This document shows, piece by piece, positions 11,574 through 23,110 of a DNA stretch of 64,000 bases. Location of the stretch: assembly GCA_004764695.1 (NCBI GenBank), contig SMSO01000037.1, positions 4,750,747-4,814,746 of the forward strand, in the 5' to 3' direction. This DNA comes from Schizochytrium sp. TIO01. Lineage: Eukaryota > Protista > Bigyra: Labyrinthulomycetes. The stretch's first letter is position 1, and each line of letters opens with the position of its first letter. The notes under the pieces are model-generated. The model saw nothing but the letters and a program-made list of their open reading frames with translations. It was not told the DNA's origin and made no database searches. Position numbers and translations under genes: made by a program.

Positions 11574-13634
11574 TTACGCCTCCCAAGATGACTCTCTTTG
11601 GGACATTAGTTGGGGATCCTGTGCATCTTCAGCCATCATAGAGGCTAGAAGTTCTTGTGACGAAGTGTGTGGTGCAGTATTGAGTTCATGTGAGCTGCTT
11701 TTCAAATATTGGAATTCTTCGTCTTCTCCCTCATCTTCAGCATTGAGATCTTCATGGTTATCGTCCAAATTTTCCTCATTATAAACGTTGGTTTCTTCGG
11801 TTTCATGAAGCAACTCAACACCTCCAAAGTCAATTTTTTCTGAGGCCAAGGCCATTTGGTCTAGCGCCGATGAGAGCGGTGCAAGGTCATCATCATCTGG
11901 AAGAGAGGCCGACTCACTCAACCCTGTGAGGCTCCTTTGTGAGTTCTCTTGTTGGGCTCGATGAGCGAGCAATCTTGACCTGATCACTGCTTCGTGTTCA
12001 CCAGCTTGATGGGAGTGGCGGCGAGCAGCCAATACTTTGCTGTGTTCGCTTATGCGAGGGTGAAAGGTGCAATCAAACTCCATTCCAAGCTGATCAGCAG
12101 CCCCCATGCCGCGCTTGGCTCGTTTCTCCACGGACTCCGCATAGAGACGATCAAAAATCGAGCCATCCGCCGCTCTTTGGCTTTCTGGGCTCGCGCGACG
12201 ATCAGCAAATACTCTTGAGGACGCTGGAATATTGGGTGCAAATGTACACTCTGCGGCATTTTTATCCCAATCCCGTTCCAGTTGACGCTGACGTGCCATC
12301 TCCTCATCCTGGGCCTTGCGAAGTGCCCAATCCTTTCCATTTTGATACAGTCTTGCGTAAACCTTTTCTGCGGAATCGTGCGAAAGGCGGCGATTCGTTG
12401 GGCTCACTGCTGTAGAGGAGTCTGACACTTCTTGGCTCCCGTCCATGGACTGTCGCTGCTTTGCTTTAAGACGAGCCTGTTCATAAAGTCTCGCATGCAC
12501 ATCAGCATTAGTGCCATGGTGTGCTCCAGGAGTTGGTGCGACTGCTGTGGATCTAGTTTCCAGGCTTGGCGAGAATGTACATCCCTCAAGTTCCCGGGTC
12601 CTGCGAAGTTCTTCTAGCCGGGCCTCTCGGGCTGCCTGCTCCGAGCGGTCAGGGTACAGCACATCGGAGGAGCGCCTTGGAGCATCTGCTGGGACATTGG
12701 TCCGTGGCTTAAAGGAGTACTCCATCGGGAGCTGTTCCGCGAGTTTTTTGCGTTTCTCTTCAGCGAGCTTCGCATGGTTATAGAGTTCATTGAGGCGTTC
12801 TTGCCTTGTCTTCTCGCTCGATTGACTAATTCCACTCATGCTGCTTCTCGGAGAACGGGAGGACCTCCTTGATGCATTGGTTTGCGGCCGAAACGTGCAC
12901 TCGAGGTCGTACAGGTGCTTTTGCTTTTCAGTGAGCTGCCTTCGTTGTTCCAAAGCCTGCTCGTATAAATGATCAAATCTCGCAAAACCATTTGTACCGC
13001 CACTGCTGCCGCTTGCTTGTGAGCCGTCAGCGGCAGCTTGACCTTCGAGGCTGCGGCGCTGGTTAATCTTGGGCTTAAATGACGGTGTTGAGGCCTCCTC
13101 AGCTTGTTTCTTAGAGGCCTCAAGTCTGGCCTTGGCGGCCATACCTTGGTCGTACAGCGCTTCGAAACGGCTACTTTCACTGGCTACAGGACTTGCCGGT
13201 GACGTTGCACACGATCGGCGCCGTTGAGTATTTGTCTTGGGCTTGAACGTGCATCCCTGCTGCTCCGGTGTTCTGCCAGTGCTGACACGACGCCTGCGAG
13301 CTGATTCTTTGCCCTGTTCGTAAAGCCGGTCGAGGCGCGAGGCTTTCGAGGTAGGTTTTACGGCACTGGAAGGCCCCTCAGCTGTGGAAGAACCCGAGGC
13401 ATTAAGCATGTTGCCTGATAGTTTGGGTTTTGGCGTATTAGAGTTCGAATTAAGACTCATCTTTTGGCGAGGTAAGTTTTTTCCATGATCAGAGTTTTGA
13501 GGAGAAGCCTGTTCAATGGGATCTTCAAAGTCAGAAGACTGAGGAATCTCTTGAGATGTTATGGATGGAAGCGGGGGCACTGGTGGTGCTGGATCCGTCA
13601 CAGCCTCATTTGAAGCATTTGTCGTGGTGGTCAT
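11574..13634 (-). CDS. Low-complexity repeat protein with about 8 (R/F)xxLY...(C/S)(T/S)FxP units; putative cytoskeleton-associated protein
   Basis: Long ORF with units such as RLDRLYEQG..GCTFKPKTN, RFEALYDQG..PSFKPKIN, RFDHLYEQA..ECTFRPQTN, FDRLYAES..DCTFHPRIS, and an acidic C-terminus. First ATG at 13634. Confidence 0.8.
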   Translation of the reverse strand: MTTTTNASNEAVTDPAPPVPPLPSITSQEIPQSSDFEDPIEQASPQNSDHGKNLPRQKMSLNSNSNTPKPKLSGNMLNASGSSTAEGPSSAVKPTSKASRLDRLYEQGKESARRRRVSTGRTPEQQGCTFKPKTNTQRRRSCATSPASPVASESSRFEALYDQGMAAKARLEASKKQAEEASTPSFKPKINQRRSLEGQAAADGSQASGSSGGTNGFARFDHLYEQALEQRRQLTEKQKHLYDLECTFRPQTNASRRSSRSPRSSMSGISQSSEKTRQERLNELYNHAKLAEEKRKKLAEQLPMEYSFKPRTNVPADAPRRSSDVLYPDRSEQAAREARLEELRRTRELEGCTFSPSLETRSTAVAPTPGAHHGTNADVHARLYEQARLKAKQRQSMDGSQEVSDSSTAVSPTNRRLSHDSAEKVYARLYQNGKDWALRKAQDEEMARQRQLERDWDKNAAECTFAPNIPASSRVFADRRASPESQRAADGSIFDRLYAESVEKRAKRGMGAADQLGMEFDCTFHPRISEHSKVLAARRHSHQAGEHEAVIRSRLLAHRAQQENSQRSLTGLSESASLPDDDDLAPLSSALDQMALASEKIDFGGVELLHETEETNVYNEENLDDNHEDLNAEDEGEDEEFQYLKSSSHELNTAPHTSSQELLASMMAEDAQDPQLMSQRESSWEA

Positions 13635-14201
13635 GTGGACTTTTAAATATATGTTTTTGCCTCGAACCTTGCTTTGGTGAGATACAGCTTTCCAGAATTC
13701 ACCTCCCAAGCGGGATAACCTTTTCGTCAGGGCTGTTGTTGATTTGTCTAGTTTTTCCAAGTTCTAAGACAATCGCTACTTTGCCGAGTGGGCTAGACGG
13801 CGTGCGTATATACGAACTCACAATAGATGAACGAGTCGGAAGAGCAGCTGAGCTGTCTGCGTCAGCTTCTCGCCGCAAATATCGAGTTCCTCGTACCCCT
13901 AGATCGTAGCAGGACCCCCTCCACAACCACTGGCTCCCTTCACGCTACCGAGCGGCACGCTCCCGTGCCGTCAGTCTCGGCGTTCCCGAATTGGATTCTG
14001 ATGTGCTCATTTATTCAAATATCACGCTACGATATCTACCTACTTACTACTACTATAGCTACTATATAGGACTACTCTACTGATACCTAGGACTCTCACA
14101 AAGCAAAGTAAGACAGGAAGTAGAAGGCCAATAGGGGCTATATATCTTAAACCCTAGGCGTAGCACCAGCTAAGAGGATAAAAGGAGAACATTGATAACT
14201 A

Positions 14202-14236
14202 AATCAAAGAATCAAGAATCAAAGAATCAATGAATC
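14202..14236. repeat. Short imperfect tandem repeat of AATCAAAG/AATCAAG units
   Basis: aatcaaagaatcaagaatcaaagaatcaatgaatc read directly. Confidence 0.7.
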
Positions 14237-15934
14237 CTTTTTCCTTGTAATGTCTATTTAACATTGATCTCTGATACCGTATATCTCCTACATAGGCATA
14301 GCTAGTGGGGTATATGGAAAGAAAAAGAAAGGAATTCATGACTCCTGTTTTTCCCTCCATTCCGAGATCAAGTTCTCTTGAAAAGTCTCTGCCTTGTGAG
14401 CGAGCAGGACTCCGAAGAGTGGAGTCAGCGAGTGAGTCCGTGAGTTCGAGGTTCAGATCTATGGAACGCGTGTAATTTGAGCGTGTGTGCGTGCGGACTC
14501 TGGGATCCCAAGAGATATGAAAGTCACTTGGACTTCTTCTGGACTACGGTTGCTTCATATATTTCCACTTTGCTACATGCTCGAGAACGATGATGGTTGT
14601 TGGACTACGACTAAGGTTCCTTGCGAAGTGTCTTGACGTGAGGATTGCAGTGAATAAAGCGATGGGGGGTGACTGCTTTGGTAGTGCATATCCTGGTCAC
14701 ACGCATTTTGGGCCAGAGAACGAAAAGTGGAAGGAAAACTTTGGCGATGAGCGATGCCTCTTCGTCTTGGAGACAGCGCTGCTACTTCCCACTCGTAGAC
14801 TTTCGAATAGGTGGTAGATAGCATCACTCAAGCATCAAAGGCATGGAGCTCTGCTTCATACGAGATAACTTGTGGTACGCAGTGGTCTCGTTCAGGTATT
14901 ATTCTTACGTTGCCGCAACAGTATATGCTTTTCTTGCTCCATAATTTAGGTTGATTGCCAGGTAGGTAGACGCAACTTACCGCGAAGAAAGCGAAAAGGT
15001 TCCAATGGTTCTGGATCGAATAGTTGCGTTTGACAATGTTTTGAAGGATTCTTGTTTATTATAATATGTTAGTGTTTAATTTGCTATCAAAAAGAAGCAG
15101 CGAGAGAATTTGGGGGTAGGCTTTCTTGATCAATGAAACCTCGCTGTTTTATTTTTATGTTGACTATTCTATTGGCTTTTTCTCGTAAGACGATTGGTGT
15201 CTGAAAATGAAATTCTCTCGTATATCAGATACCCTGCAACGATTTCCTGCAGCATGAAGAAGCCACAGAATCTATGTTATGCCAATTGCTTACCTCAAGT
15301 TCATTTTATTGGGAAAAGGTTGTCTGTGTAAACCAACACATGAGGCCTCTTCAGATGAATTCTTCCCTGTTCCTCAACAAATCAAACTAATCGCTCTAGC
15401 TAGACAGATGGCGTTCCCAACTATTCTTGCAAATTTTGGAGAGTCCCTCACAAGTTTGAGCCCAAATCTCTACTAGTAGATACCTGGTATTCCAAAGGTC
15501 ACAAGGTCACAAGCTGCCACACATGTGGTCCCCTCAAATTGAATTGCCACTCGTACTAGGTATTATATAGATAGTAGTTAATATTAGTAAGTGCCTAGCC
15601 TTGGGTAGAAGGGCAAAGGGCGCTGAGCACTCCCAGGGACGCTTGTTCCAGAAGTTCCTCATCTCTGAATGCCTTTGTTTTTAGATTCCATTGCATTTCA
15701 TCGCTTTAAAACTCGTGTTACTTTTATTGAAAGCTTCGCACCAATATCCATTCAGGAAAGCGCCACATCGCGGTCCCAAACTCTCGGATTCGGGACAGCA
15801 ACAACTAAGACATCTTGAGGCGCGAGCAAGTAAAAAGGCCTCATAGCGGGATCAGCGAGACAGCAACCTTTGTTGATTTCATCACGAGAGGTCTTGTTTA
15901 AAGGTCTTCGAGGAGCTGTCAAACGTGGATAAAG

Positions 15935-17269
15935 ATGCGTCGCGTTGTTGTTACAGGCGTGGGTCTTGTGACACCTTTGGGTGTTGGCGTCGAGGCTACT
16001 TGGAATGGCATTCTGGAGGGTCGCAGTGCCATCGGTAAGCTCAATTTCAACCTCGGAGGGGACATCGACGAATCTCATGGTATGTCCAAGCTCGCCAGAG
16101 CTCTTCCATGCCAGGTCGGTGCTCCAGTGGACCCTGCTGCTCTTGAGCCTATGAAAAAGACAGTGCTCACCAACGCGCGAGCTCAGGATCCTGGATTCAT
16201 CTCCATGGCACTTATCGCCGCTTCCGAAGCAGTTCAAAACGCAGGTATCCACGATCTTTTGCACGACGGCAAGATCGACCCTACACGGGCTGGAGTTTGC
16301 GTCGGTTCCGGTATTGGAGCCTCCGTACAGGAGGTCTCTGATGCGCACGAACTTCTCGCTGACCCGAAGCGAGGTTTGCGCAGACTGAGTCCTTATTTTG
16401 TGCCGCGGCTGCTGATTAACCTCGCCGCGGGCCACATCTCTATTGCCCACAACTTGCAGGGACCTAACCACAGCTGTGTAACAGCATGTGCCAGTGGAGC
16501 ACACTCCATTGGAGATGCTTCAAGATTCATCATGTTTGGCGATGCTGACGTTATGGTTGCAGGCGGAACCGAGGCCTCTTTGAACCCCCTTTCGCTTGCT
16601 GGGTTTTCTCGCCTCAAGGCACTTTCGACAAAGTTCAATGACACTCCTGCAGAGGCCTCGAGGCCTTTTGACAAGGAACGTGATGGGTTTGTCATGGGCG
16701 AAGGTTCAGGCGTCGTGGTGCTCGAGGAACTTGAGCATGCGAAACGTCGTGGAGCAAACATCATTGCAGAGGTTACCGGATATGGCTTGTCTGGAGACGC
16801 CTTTCACCTGACCGCACCGGCCGAAGATGGTGCTGGAGCTAAAAACTGTATGAAGGCGGCTCTTAGAAATGCCAAGTTGAATGCAAGCGAAATTGATTAC
16901 GTCAATGCGCATGCCACTTCGACGCCCCTTGGTGATACTGTTGAGGCTCAGGCTATTGCAGAGGTGCTAGGCAACTCTGGACGGCCGGCTGACTCCTCCA
17001 AGGTCAGCGTGTCATCCACCAAGGGAAACATCGGTCACCTGCTAGGAGCTGCTGGCGCTGTAGAGGCTATCTTTGCGATGCTTAGCCTTCGCGACCAAGT
17101 CGTGCCCCCTACGCTCAACCTTGAGAATCCCGACATGCCCGACTTTGTCTATGAACATGTGGACCTTGTTCGCAAAAGCCCTCAGGAACGTAAACTGCGC
17201 TACACCATGACCAACTCTTTTGGGTTTGGTGGAACCAACACTTCCCTTGTGTTTTCCCCTGCGCCTTAA
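15935..17269 (+). CDS. 3-oxoacyl-ACP synthase II (FabF / mitochondrial KAS, OXSM/CEM1-like)
   Basis: MRRVVVTGVG start; catalytic triad motifs TACASG, NAHATST and GHLLGAAG; C-terminal NSFGFGGTN. Confidence 0.97.
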   Translation: MRRVVVTGVGLVTPLGVGVEATWNGILEGRSAIGKLNFNLGGDIDESHGMSKLARALPCQVGAPVDPAALEPMKKTVLTNARAQDPGFISMALIAASEAVQNAGIHDLLHDGKIDPTRAGVCVGSGIGASVQEVSDAHELLADPKRGLRRLSPYFVPRLLINLAAGHISIAHNLQGPNHSCVTACASGAHSIGDASRFIMFGDADVMVAGGTEASLNPLSLAGFSRLKALSTKFNDTPAEASRPFDKERDGFVMGEGSGVVVLEELEHAKRRGANIIAEVTGYGLSGDAFHLTAPAEDGAGAKNCMKAALRNAKLNASEIDYVNAHATSTPLGDTVEAQAIAEVLGNSGRPADSSKVSVSSTKGNIGHLLGAAGAVEAIFAMLSLRDQVVPPTLNLENPDMPDFVYEHVDLVRKSPQERKLRYTMTNSFGFGGTNTSLVFSPAP

Positions 17270-19318
17270 ACGTGGACATACGAAAGATGCAGCATATTAT
17301 TTTAATCTGAATTAAATCCATCATTTCTATTCTGTATGATTTGTTCTATTTTCCGCAGAAGCTGGGGGTGATTCATCTTTCAAAATCAGCAGATCTTAAG
17401 TCTAACAATCATATGAGGGGCGCAAATAAATACAGACGCAAGTGAAAAATTATACGTAGGAACCATTTTCCTTTCGCAGTTACTGCTCTTTTCGAAGAAT
17501 CAGAAAATCAAGTTCATCTTTCGAGTGACTAAAGAACGTATGCGATTTTCAAACTAGTCAGCGTTACAGTGGTCTCGCAGTTACATCATTCTTTTGTTTA
17601 CCATCATAAAGAATATGGTATACCCTACTCCTTCTTTATTTGAAAGCCTGTAAATAGGTGCATTATATTTGTATCCCCAAAACTGAACCGATAAATGCTA
17701 TATTATACACGTCTGTAAGGCTCAGGGTGGGTAAATAGTTTACTAGGATTACACAATTGTCTCTACTCAAGGCCAATTTTGTGGTCTCCATCGAACGATA
17801 GAACAATACTGTGAGTAATAACAAATGAATCTTATACTTTTGAGAACTCTAAAGATAGCATTACCCAGCTTCACTCAGATCCGAGAATTCCTTTTCTATG
17901 CTTCTTGCTTTTAATATCGCAAGATCTCGAGCAGATTACACCCTTCAAAGTTGCTTCAGCAGTGGTTTTAAAAAAAATTAAAAAAATCCTGCAAATACAT
18001 GTTTTCTGCTTTTGTTTTGTTTTTATTCAGTTTTTAATTCCGAAAATCTCTCCAGCTTTTCTATCTTTCTTTTAGAGAAAAATTAAACAGTGTCAATGTG
18101 GACACATTCAGAACTTGACTTCACATCAAAATAATCCTCAGATTCTCAAGATCATTTTGCAAATGCCCAGGCCAAGGAACCGAAATTTAATGTGGCAAAG
18201 ATGCAACCTTCAGCTTCTCCACGGCGCCAAACATTGCACCGAAACGTTTGCTCAACAGAATCTTTTTGGAAAAAAATAGTCCAAGCATCGAAAACCACCT
18301 TGAACCTCACATTCTCGGCCCCAGGTTTCCAAACTCAACGACACCTTGACCACACGGAGCGAGGTATTGTAAAGGATATCCTTGGTTAGTTGAATGGTAC
18401 CACATCCGTGACGGTCCCAGGTTTCCGTTGCCAGATGCTGCCAAAATTGGTAGGTAGCACTAGTAGGGGGATGCAATTTATAGAGTAACGGGACACTGCT
18501 GCGACTCTCACCCTCACCCTCTTTCTTTTGCACTCTCTATTTATCGGCATTTCGGCCATTCCTAAAGCACCATGTGAAAGTTTCGCATCGTGGTGGAGAT
18601 GAATGTCACATCCGTGCCATAGACCTGCTGCCTACAATGGTCCTACAAGGATAGGATCCCTTAATCAACTACTACTAGCGCACATTTGGTTGCAACACTG
18701 GAAGCATTAGAAGTAGTTCAATCGCAGACGCTGTTGTAACAATAAAATTTAATATAGACGTTGTCATTGAGTCTTTCTTTAAGCATAAGTTCTCTATGTG
18801 GTATTCCACGCACGCGCACCTTGGCAGACCTGTCTAGAGCACTAGCACGCACGACGGTTTCAATAGGAAGAAGTGTAGGTTAAACACTATCGGTTGAGTT
18901 CCTCGAGTTCCTGCCTTAAGATTTCGGATATGAAGACTAGTAGTAGTCTTACGGCTTGCTTTTGTGCTGTTGCGTACATTCGAGGTGAGGGCACTGCAAC
19001 AAGCAAATGCAGAAGACTCAACCTTGCAACACAGGCAGACCCAATTGAGGAAGCAAAACTACTTAGCTGACGTCGCACGTGCTGGCAAGCGAGGAAAGCC
19101 GAGGAGGTTCAGGTTTCTTGCTTGCTTGCCTCCTATCCTGCTCACGCGAAAGACCAAGTTATTTGAGTTCTTCTCTGCCTCCAGTCGTCATCCCGGGTTA
19201 GCTGGACTTGGAGCAAGGTCTCATCCCCAACCTGACCGCAGGAACTTCAACTTCTTCAAAATAACTCTCAGTTGAAACTTCTTAATAAGTCCCCAAGGAA
19301 TATCACGTTCTAGACACC

Positions 19319-20059
19319 ATGGTGAAGAGCAAGAGTGTTTCCCCGGAAGAGGTCCTCCGCTTCAAGGAGCCGACAAAGGGTTTCCTCTGCCCTTTGAGCG
19401 CCAACACGTTCGGTATTGAGTTCTTGAGCTTTACCATCAAGGACTACGAAACAAAGCGTACAATCTTTGATATTTCCCGCGAAAACGCTGCAGCAGCTCC
19501 CGCGGTAACGGCAAGCGCGTTGGCAAACCTAAGCGAAGACAGCTACCGGAAGATCAGGTACAACTTCAGCGAGGATGTTCTTCGTACACCGACTATCTCC
19601 ACAACTTTGACCTTTGCTGTCGGTGACCACGAAGTGGAGGATTTTCGTATGATTGAGCGTCACTACTTTCGTGATCAACTTGTTAAGAGTTACGACTTTA
19701 CCTTTGGATTTTGCATTCCTTGCAGTACCAACACGTGGGAGGCAGTGTACGCCGTCCCTCTGATTGACGAAAAGCTCATTGACGATATGGTTGCAAACCC
19801 ATTTGAGACCCGATCCGATAGTTTTTACTTTGTGAACGGTGAGCTTATTATGCACAACAAGGCAGAGTACAACTACTGCGGCGAGCCGGCTGAGGCAAAG
19901 CCCACTGCTGGCACCCCGCGTGCAGGTGCAAAGGCGGGCTCTAAGCAGGCTACGCCTGGCATGAAGTACGCTGCCAAGATGTCAGCAACCGCTCCCGGCA
20001 AGAACACCAAGAATCAGATTCCTGCGCAAGCAAAGGCAGGCGCTAAGGCTTCTTTCTAA
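19319..20059 (+). CDS. UNC119: UNC119-like lipid-binding chaperone (GMP-PDE delta family)
   Basis: FLCPLSANTFGIEFLSF, FRMIERHYFRD, KSYDFTFGFCIP, NTWEAVY, SDSFYFVNGELIMHNKA; Ala/Lys-rich tail. Confidence 0.93.
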   Translation: MVKSKSVSPEEVLRFKEPTKGFLCPLSANTFGIEFLSFTIKDYETKRTIFDISRENAAAAPAVTASALANLSEDSYRKIRYNFSEDVLRTPTISTTLTFAVGDHEVEDFRMIERHYFRDQLVKSYDFTFGFCIPCSTNTWEAVYAVPLIDEKLIDDMVANPFETRSDSFYFVNGELIMHNKAEYNYCGEPAEAKPTAGTPRAGAKAGSKQATPGMKYAAKMSATAPGKNTKNQIPAQAKAGAKASF

Positions 20060-20687
20060 CGGCAAGGTAGCTCCTTCTCGCAAGAAAGTACTACATGCGC
20101 ATTTATCAAATCTGCCATCCGCAGGCAGAATAACACATTCCCCTCTCAACTCAAACCCTTCAAAAACTTCAATCGAAAATGAATCAACTCACAACAACAA
20201 CAACAAAACAACAAAACAATTAAAACAACACTTTGGAAAGGTGGAGGAATCACGGCCTTGAGATGGGCATCCTACCATTAATGAATAAAGAGCAGTCGCT
20301 ATGATTTAGCTCAACATTTATCACCGTACATAGAGCTTACATTTCTTATGACTGCTTACTTGGGAAGATCAGCGATACTTGCCAACCATTTCCTCAGGAT
20401 CGTTGCAAGGACATCACCAAATTCGCTCCGCATACAGTATGCAAAGCAAACAAAACAGTAAAAATTATGCATTTGGTGGATCGCCTAGCTTTTTGGAACA
20501 TTCAAAGACTGGTATGGCTATATTGGACCTTACCGCACAGTAGAAGCAGCAACTAGCCCAATAAATGCCAGATCTACCTGTACCTATGCACGATCCAGCC
20601 ATCATCAACGTCACCCATAACCTTGGACTTGTTTAAAACAAAAGCTCAGATTTAGTTTAGCTTAGACTTTCCATTTTATTTTTTCGT

Positions 20688-23110
20688 TCACGCAAAATTG
20701 ATATGACCATCCTCAATGATACAGGTCCCATCACTATCAAAAGATTTTTCTTTAATCCTAGATAAAACATCGATCTCCATTCTGAGCCAGCGTGGGCTTA
20801 TTGGTACCGTACACGACTCCAAAGAGAGCCCTGTTTTGCCATCAAAAGTCAAAACCTTGCTGCCATCTTCTCTAGCAAGCCCGTGCCACCACGCGATGCT
20901 CATGTCTGAATCACCACGATGCTGCCCCAATGCATTCCTCCAAGGTCGGACAGGATTTCTCGTGTTCCGCAAGAGTTAGGAATCACTTCTTCACATCGCG
21001 GAGACCATTTGCGACCAATGACGACTCCTGTCAAGGGGACCTTGTCAAATATAGCCTTGAAAAGCTTGCCTTGTAAGCCATCGCGTGTCCAACGTTGAAT
21101 TTTGTCAGTACAACTATGTCGCTCACCTGGTTGAAACGCGGCACACGCAGAGCCCATTCCTCCCTTGCAATAAGACACAGCTGGGTTTAAAGATAGTGAG
21201 CTTGCAGCCCCACAAGGGGCTAGGCTAGTGTAAAGATAAAAACGAACATTGGGACGCAAAGACCACGTACCGTTGCTTTGAAAGAACATAGACCTTTCTG
21301 AAGTTTGTCTACTTTTCAAAGCTTTGAAGGTTTGGGCATGCAAATATTTGCGTAACCCCCTGCGAGCCAAAACCTCGGCATGAGAATCCTTTACACGATT
21401 ATCTTGTTTGTCAGCTGAGGCAAGCTTCGCATCCACAAACCTTGTTCCTACACCAAGGGACACTAGAGATAGCCGCCCTTGGTACAATTGAACAAAGCCA
21501 GCGACTACGGATTGCCCAATCGTATTTTCAGCATGACCTGAACAAAGATTATAATAACCAGCAATACACAGTCGCGCAATCTCGTCTGCGTTGCCCTCGG
21601 CAATCATCATCTCGTCTTTTGGCAGAACCTCAAGACAATAGTCCATATTAGAGAAAATCTCTGACTTGTGCAAATCTTCCACTATTTTTTCAGGATTAGG
21701 AATCCCAATACGCTGTTCCTGACGAGCACTCAGGAAGTCATTCAATTGTGTCATTTCGTCTTCTGTAATGAGGGAATTACCATGTAACCATATTGTGTGT
21801 ATCTGATCAAACTGGCGAAGGAAAGGAAAGAGTAGCTGAACAGACTCTGCAGAAAGGCAATTGTAGTCCAAGTGAAGTTCTTCCAAAGACGAGTAGCCTC
21901 GCTCCATCGTAATTGCCTCTAAAACAATCTGGAGATCCTCATCAGTAAGACCATTAGAGCCAAGGTCGAGGCTTTTAAGGCGTCTATGAGAAACTACGCT
22001 TGCACCAAAATCTGCCCAATGTGACCCCGGCAGGTTGCTATAGACCTCAATGATCTCAAGACAACTCACGATCTGGCTTCCACTTTTCAGCGCAGCGCCT
22101 AAAGCGCTGGCCCCAGCTGCACCAATGCCAGCCTTCGCAAGACCCAGTACACGAAGATGACTCCACGATAAACCCCTGTCAAAGCTACTACTAAGAAAAT
22201 CTGCAAGTATTTGTGCACCTTCATTGCCTAGCATTCGTTGATTTAAGGAGCGCAGTAAATCAGGATCTCGATCTCTCATCTCATACGGTAAAGACCCAAT
22301 AAGTGTATTAATCGCAAGCTGCCCTTCCAATCGACTTGCAGCCTCAGCACTCACCTTCGGATTATCTAGGAGAAGCACAGTACGAAGCTCTTCCGATTGG
22401 ATAGCTACATCTCGCAATATCTCAATTCCCTCATCACATATATTGTTCTTGGACAGAATAAGCTTTTGAACTTTAAAGCGGATTGAAAGTCCAGCGATAA
22501 GCTTGACATCATCAAATTGCCCAAGTACGCTTCCAATATTCAACTTGGATAGCTTCACCTCCTTCGAGTGTTTCTCTTGGGCTCTTTGAAATTCTTTTTC
22601 GATAGCTGCCAGAATGCACTTCAGACGTCCAGAGACTTTTGCAGACCTTTCTCGACGTATGGCAACCTCACTTTCTGCATCAGATCTCAATTCTCGAAAC
22701 TGAAGCGAAATGTGTTTCAGGTTGCTCTTTATTTCATGACGTTTCAATAGCAAATTCTTGATGAACACATCTATGCATAGACAAGAACGTGATGGGACAC
22801 CTATCTTCAGGAATGATATTTTGGAAGTAAAACGGATGGCTCGCTTCGACGCAGCGAGAGGTTTTCGTGGAGCAAGATAGTTCACCAAAATCTGGGTTGT
22901 ACTCCGAGTCCCACTACATTCACAAAGATGTTCAGTCTGAGCAATTTTGCCATTTTCTTCGATAGTCACTTTCAGAGAACATAGGGTATCAGTCTTTGCT
23001 ACTGATTGAATGAGTGACCATATCTCTAACGGGTCCTGCGGCACTTTAGGCTCAACTTCTGAACTCTCTACCACGCCTACCTCGCCCATCAACAGAATCG
23101 TGCGCGACAT
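20688..23110 (-). CDS. RNI-like leucine-rich-repeat protein fused to an ADAR/ADAT1-type adenosine deaminase (editase) domain; last ~77 aa in a second frame
   Basis: LRRs such as VQKLILSKNNICDEG, LRVLGLAKAGIGAAG, LKSLDLGSNGLTDED and LEELHLDYNCLSAES. Deaminase motifs SLGVGT, DSHAEVLARR, YTSLAPCG and SCTDKIQRW..GLQGKL. The main frame stops at 20900; the overlapping frame 20688-20972 carries SIAWW...FDGKTG. Confidence 0.85.

Noticed and set aside
15752-16504. 250-aa antisense ORF over the KAS gene
   Set aside because: Typical antisense open frame produced by codon bias of a conserved gene; no recognisable motifs.
15935-17269. KAS as a possible PUFA/PKS cluster component
   Set aside because: Stand-alone FabF/CEM1-type enzyme with no ACP, AT, KR or other biosynthetic genes nearby.
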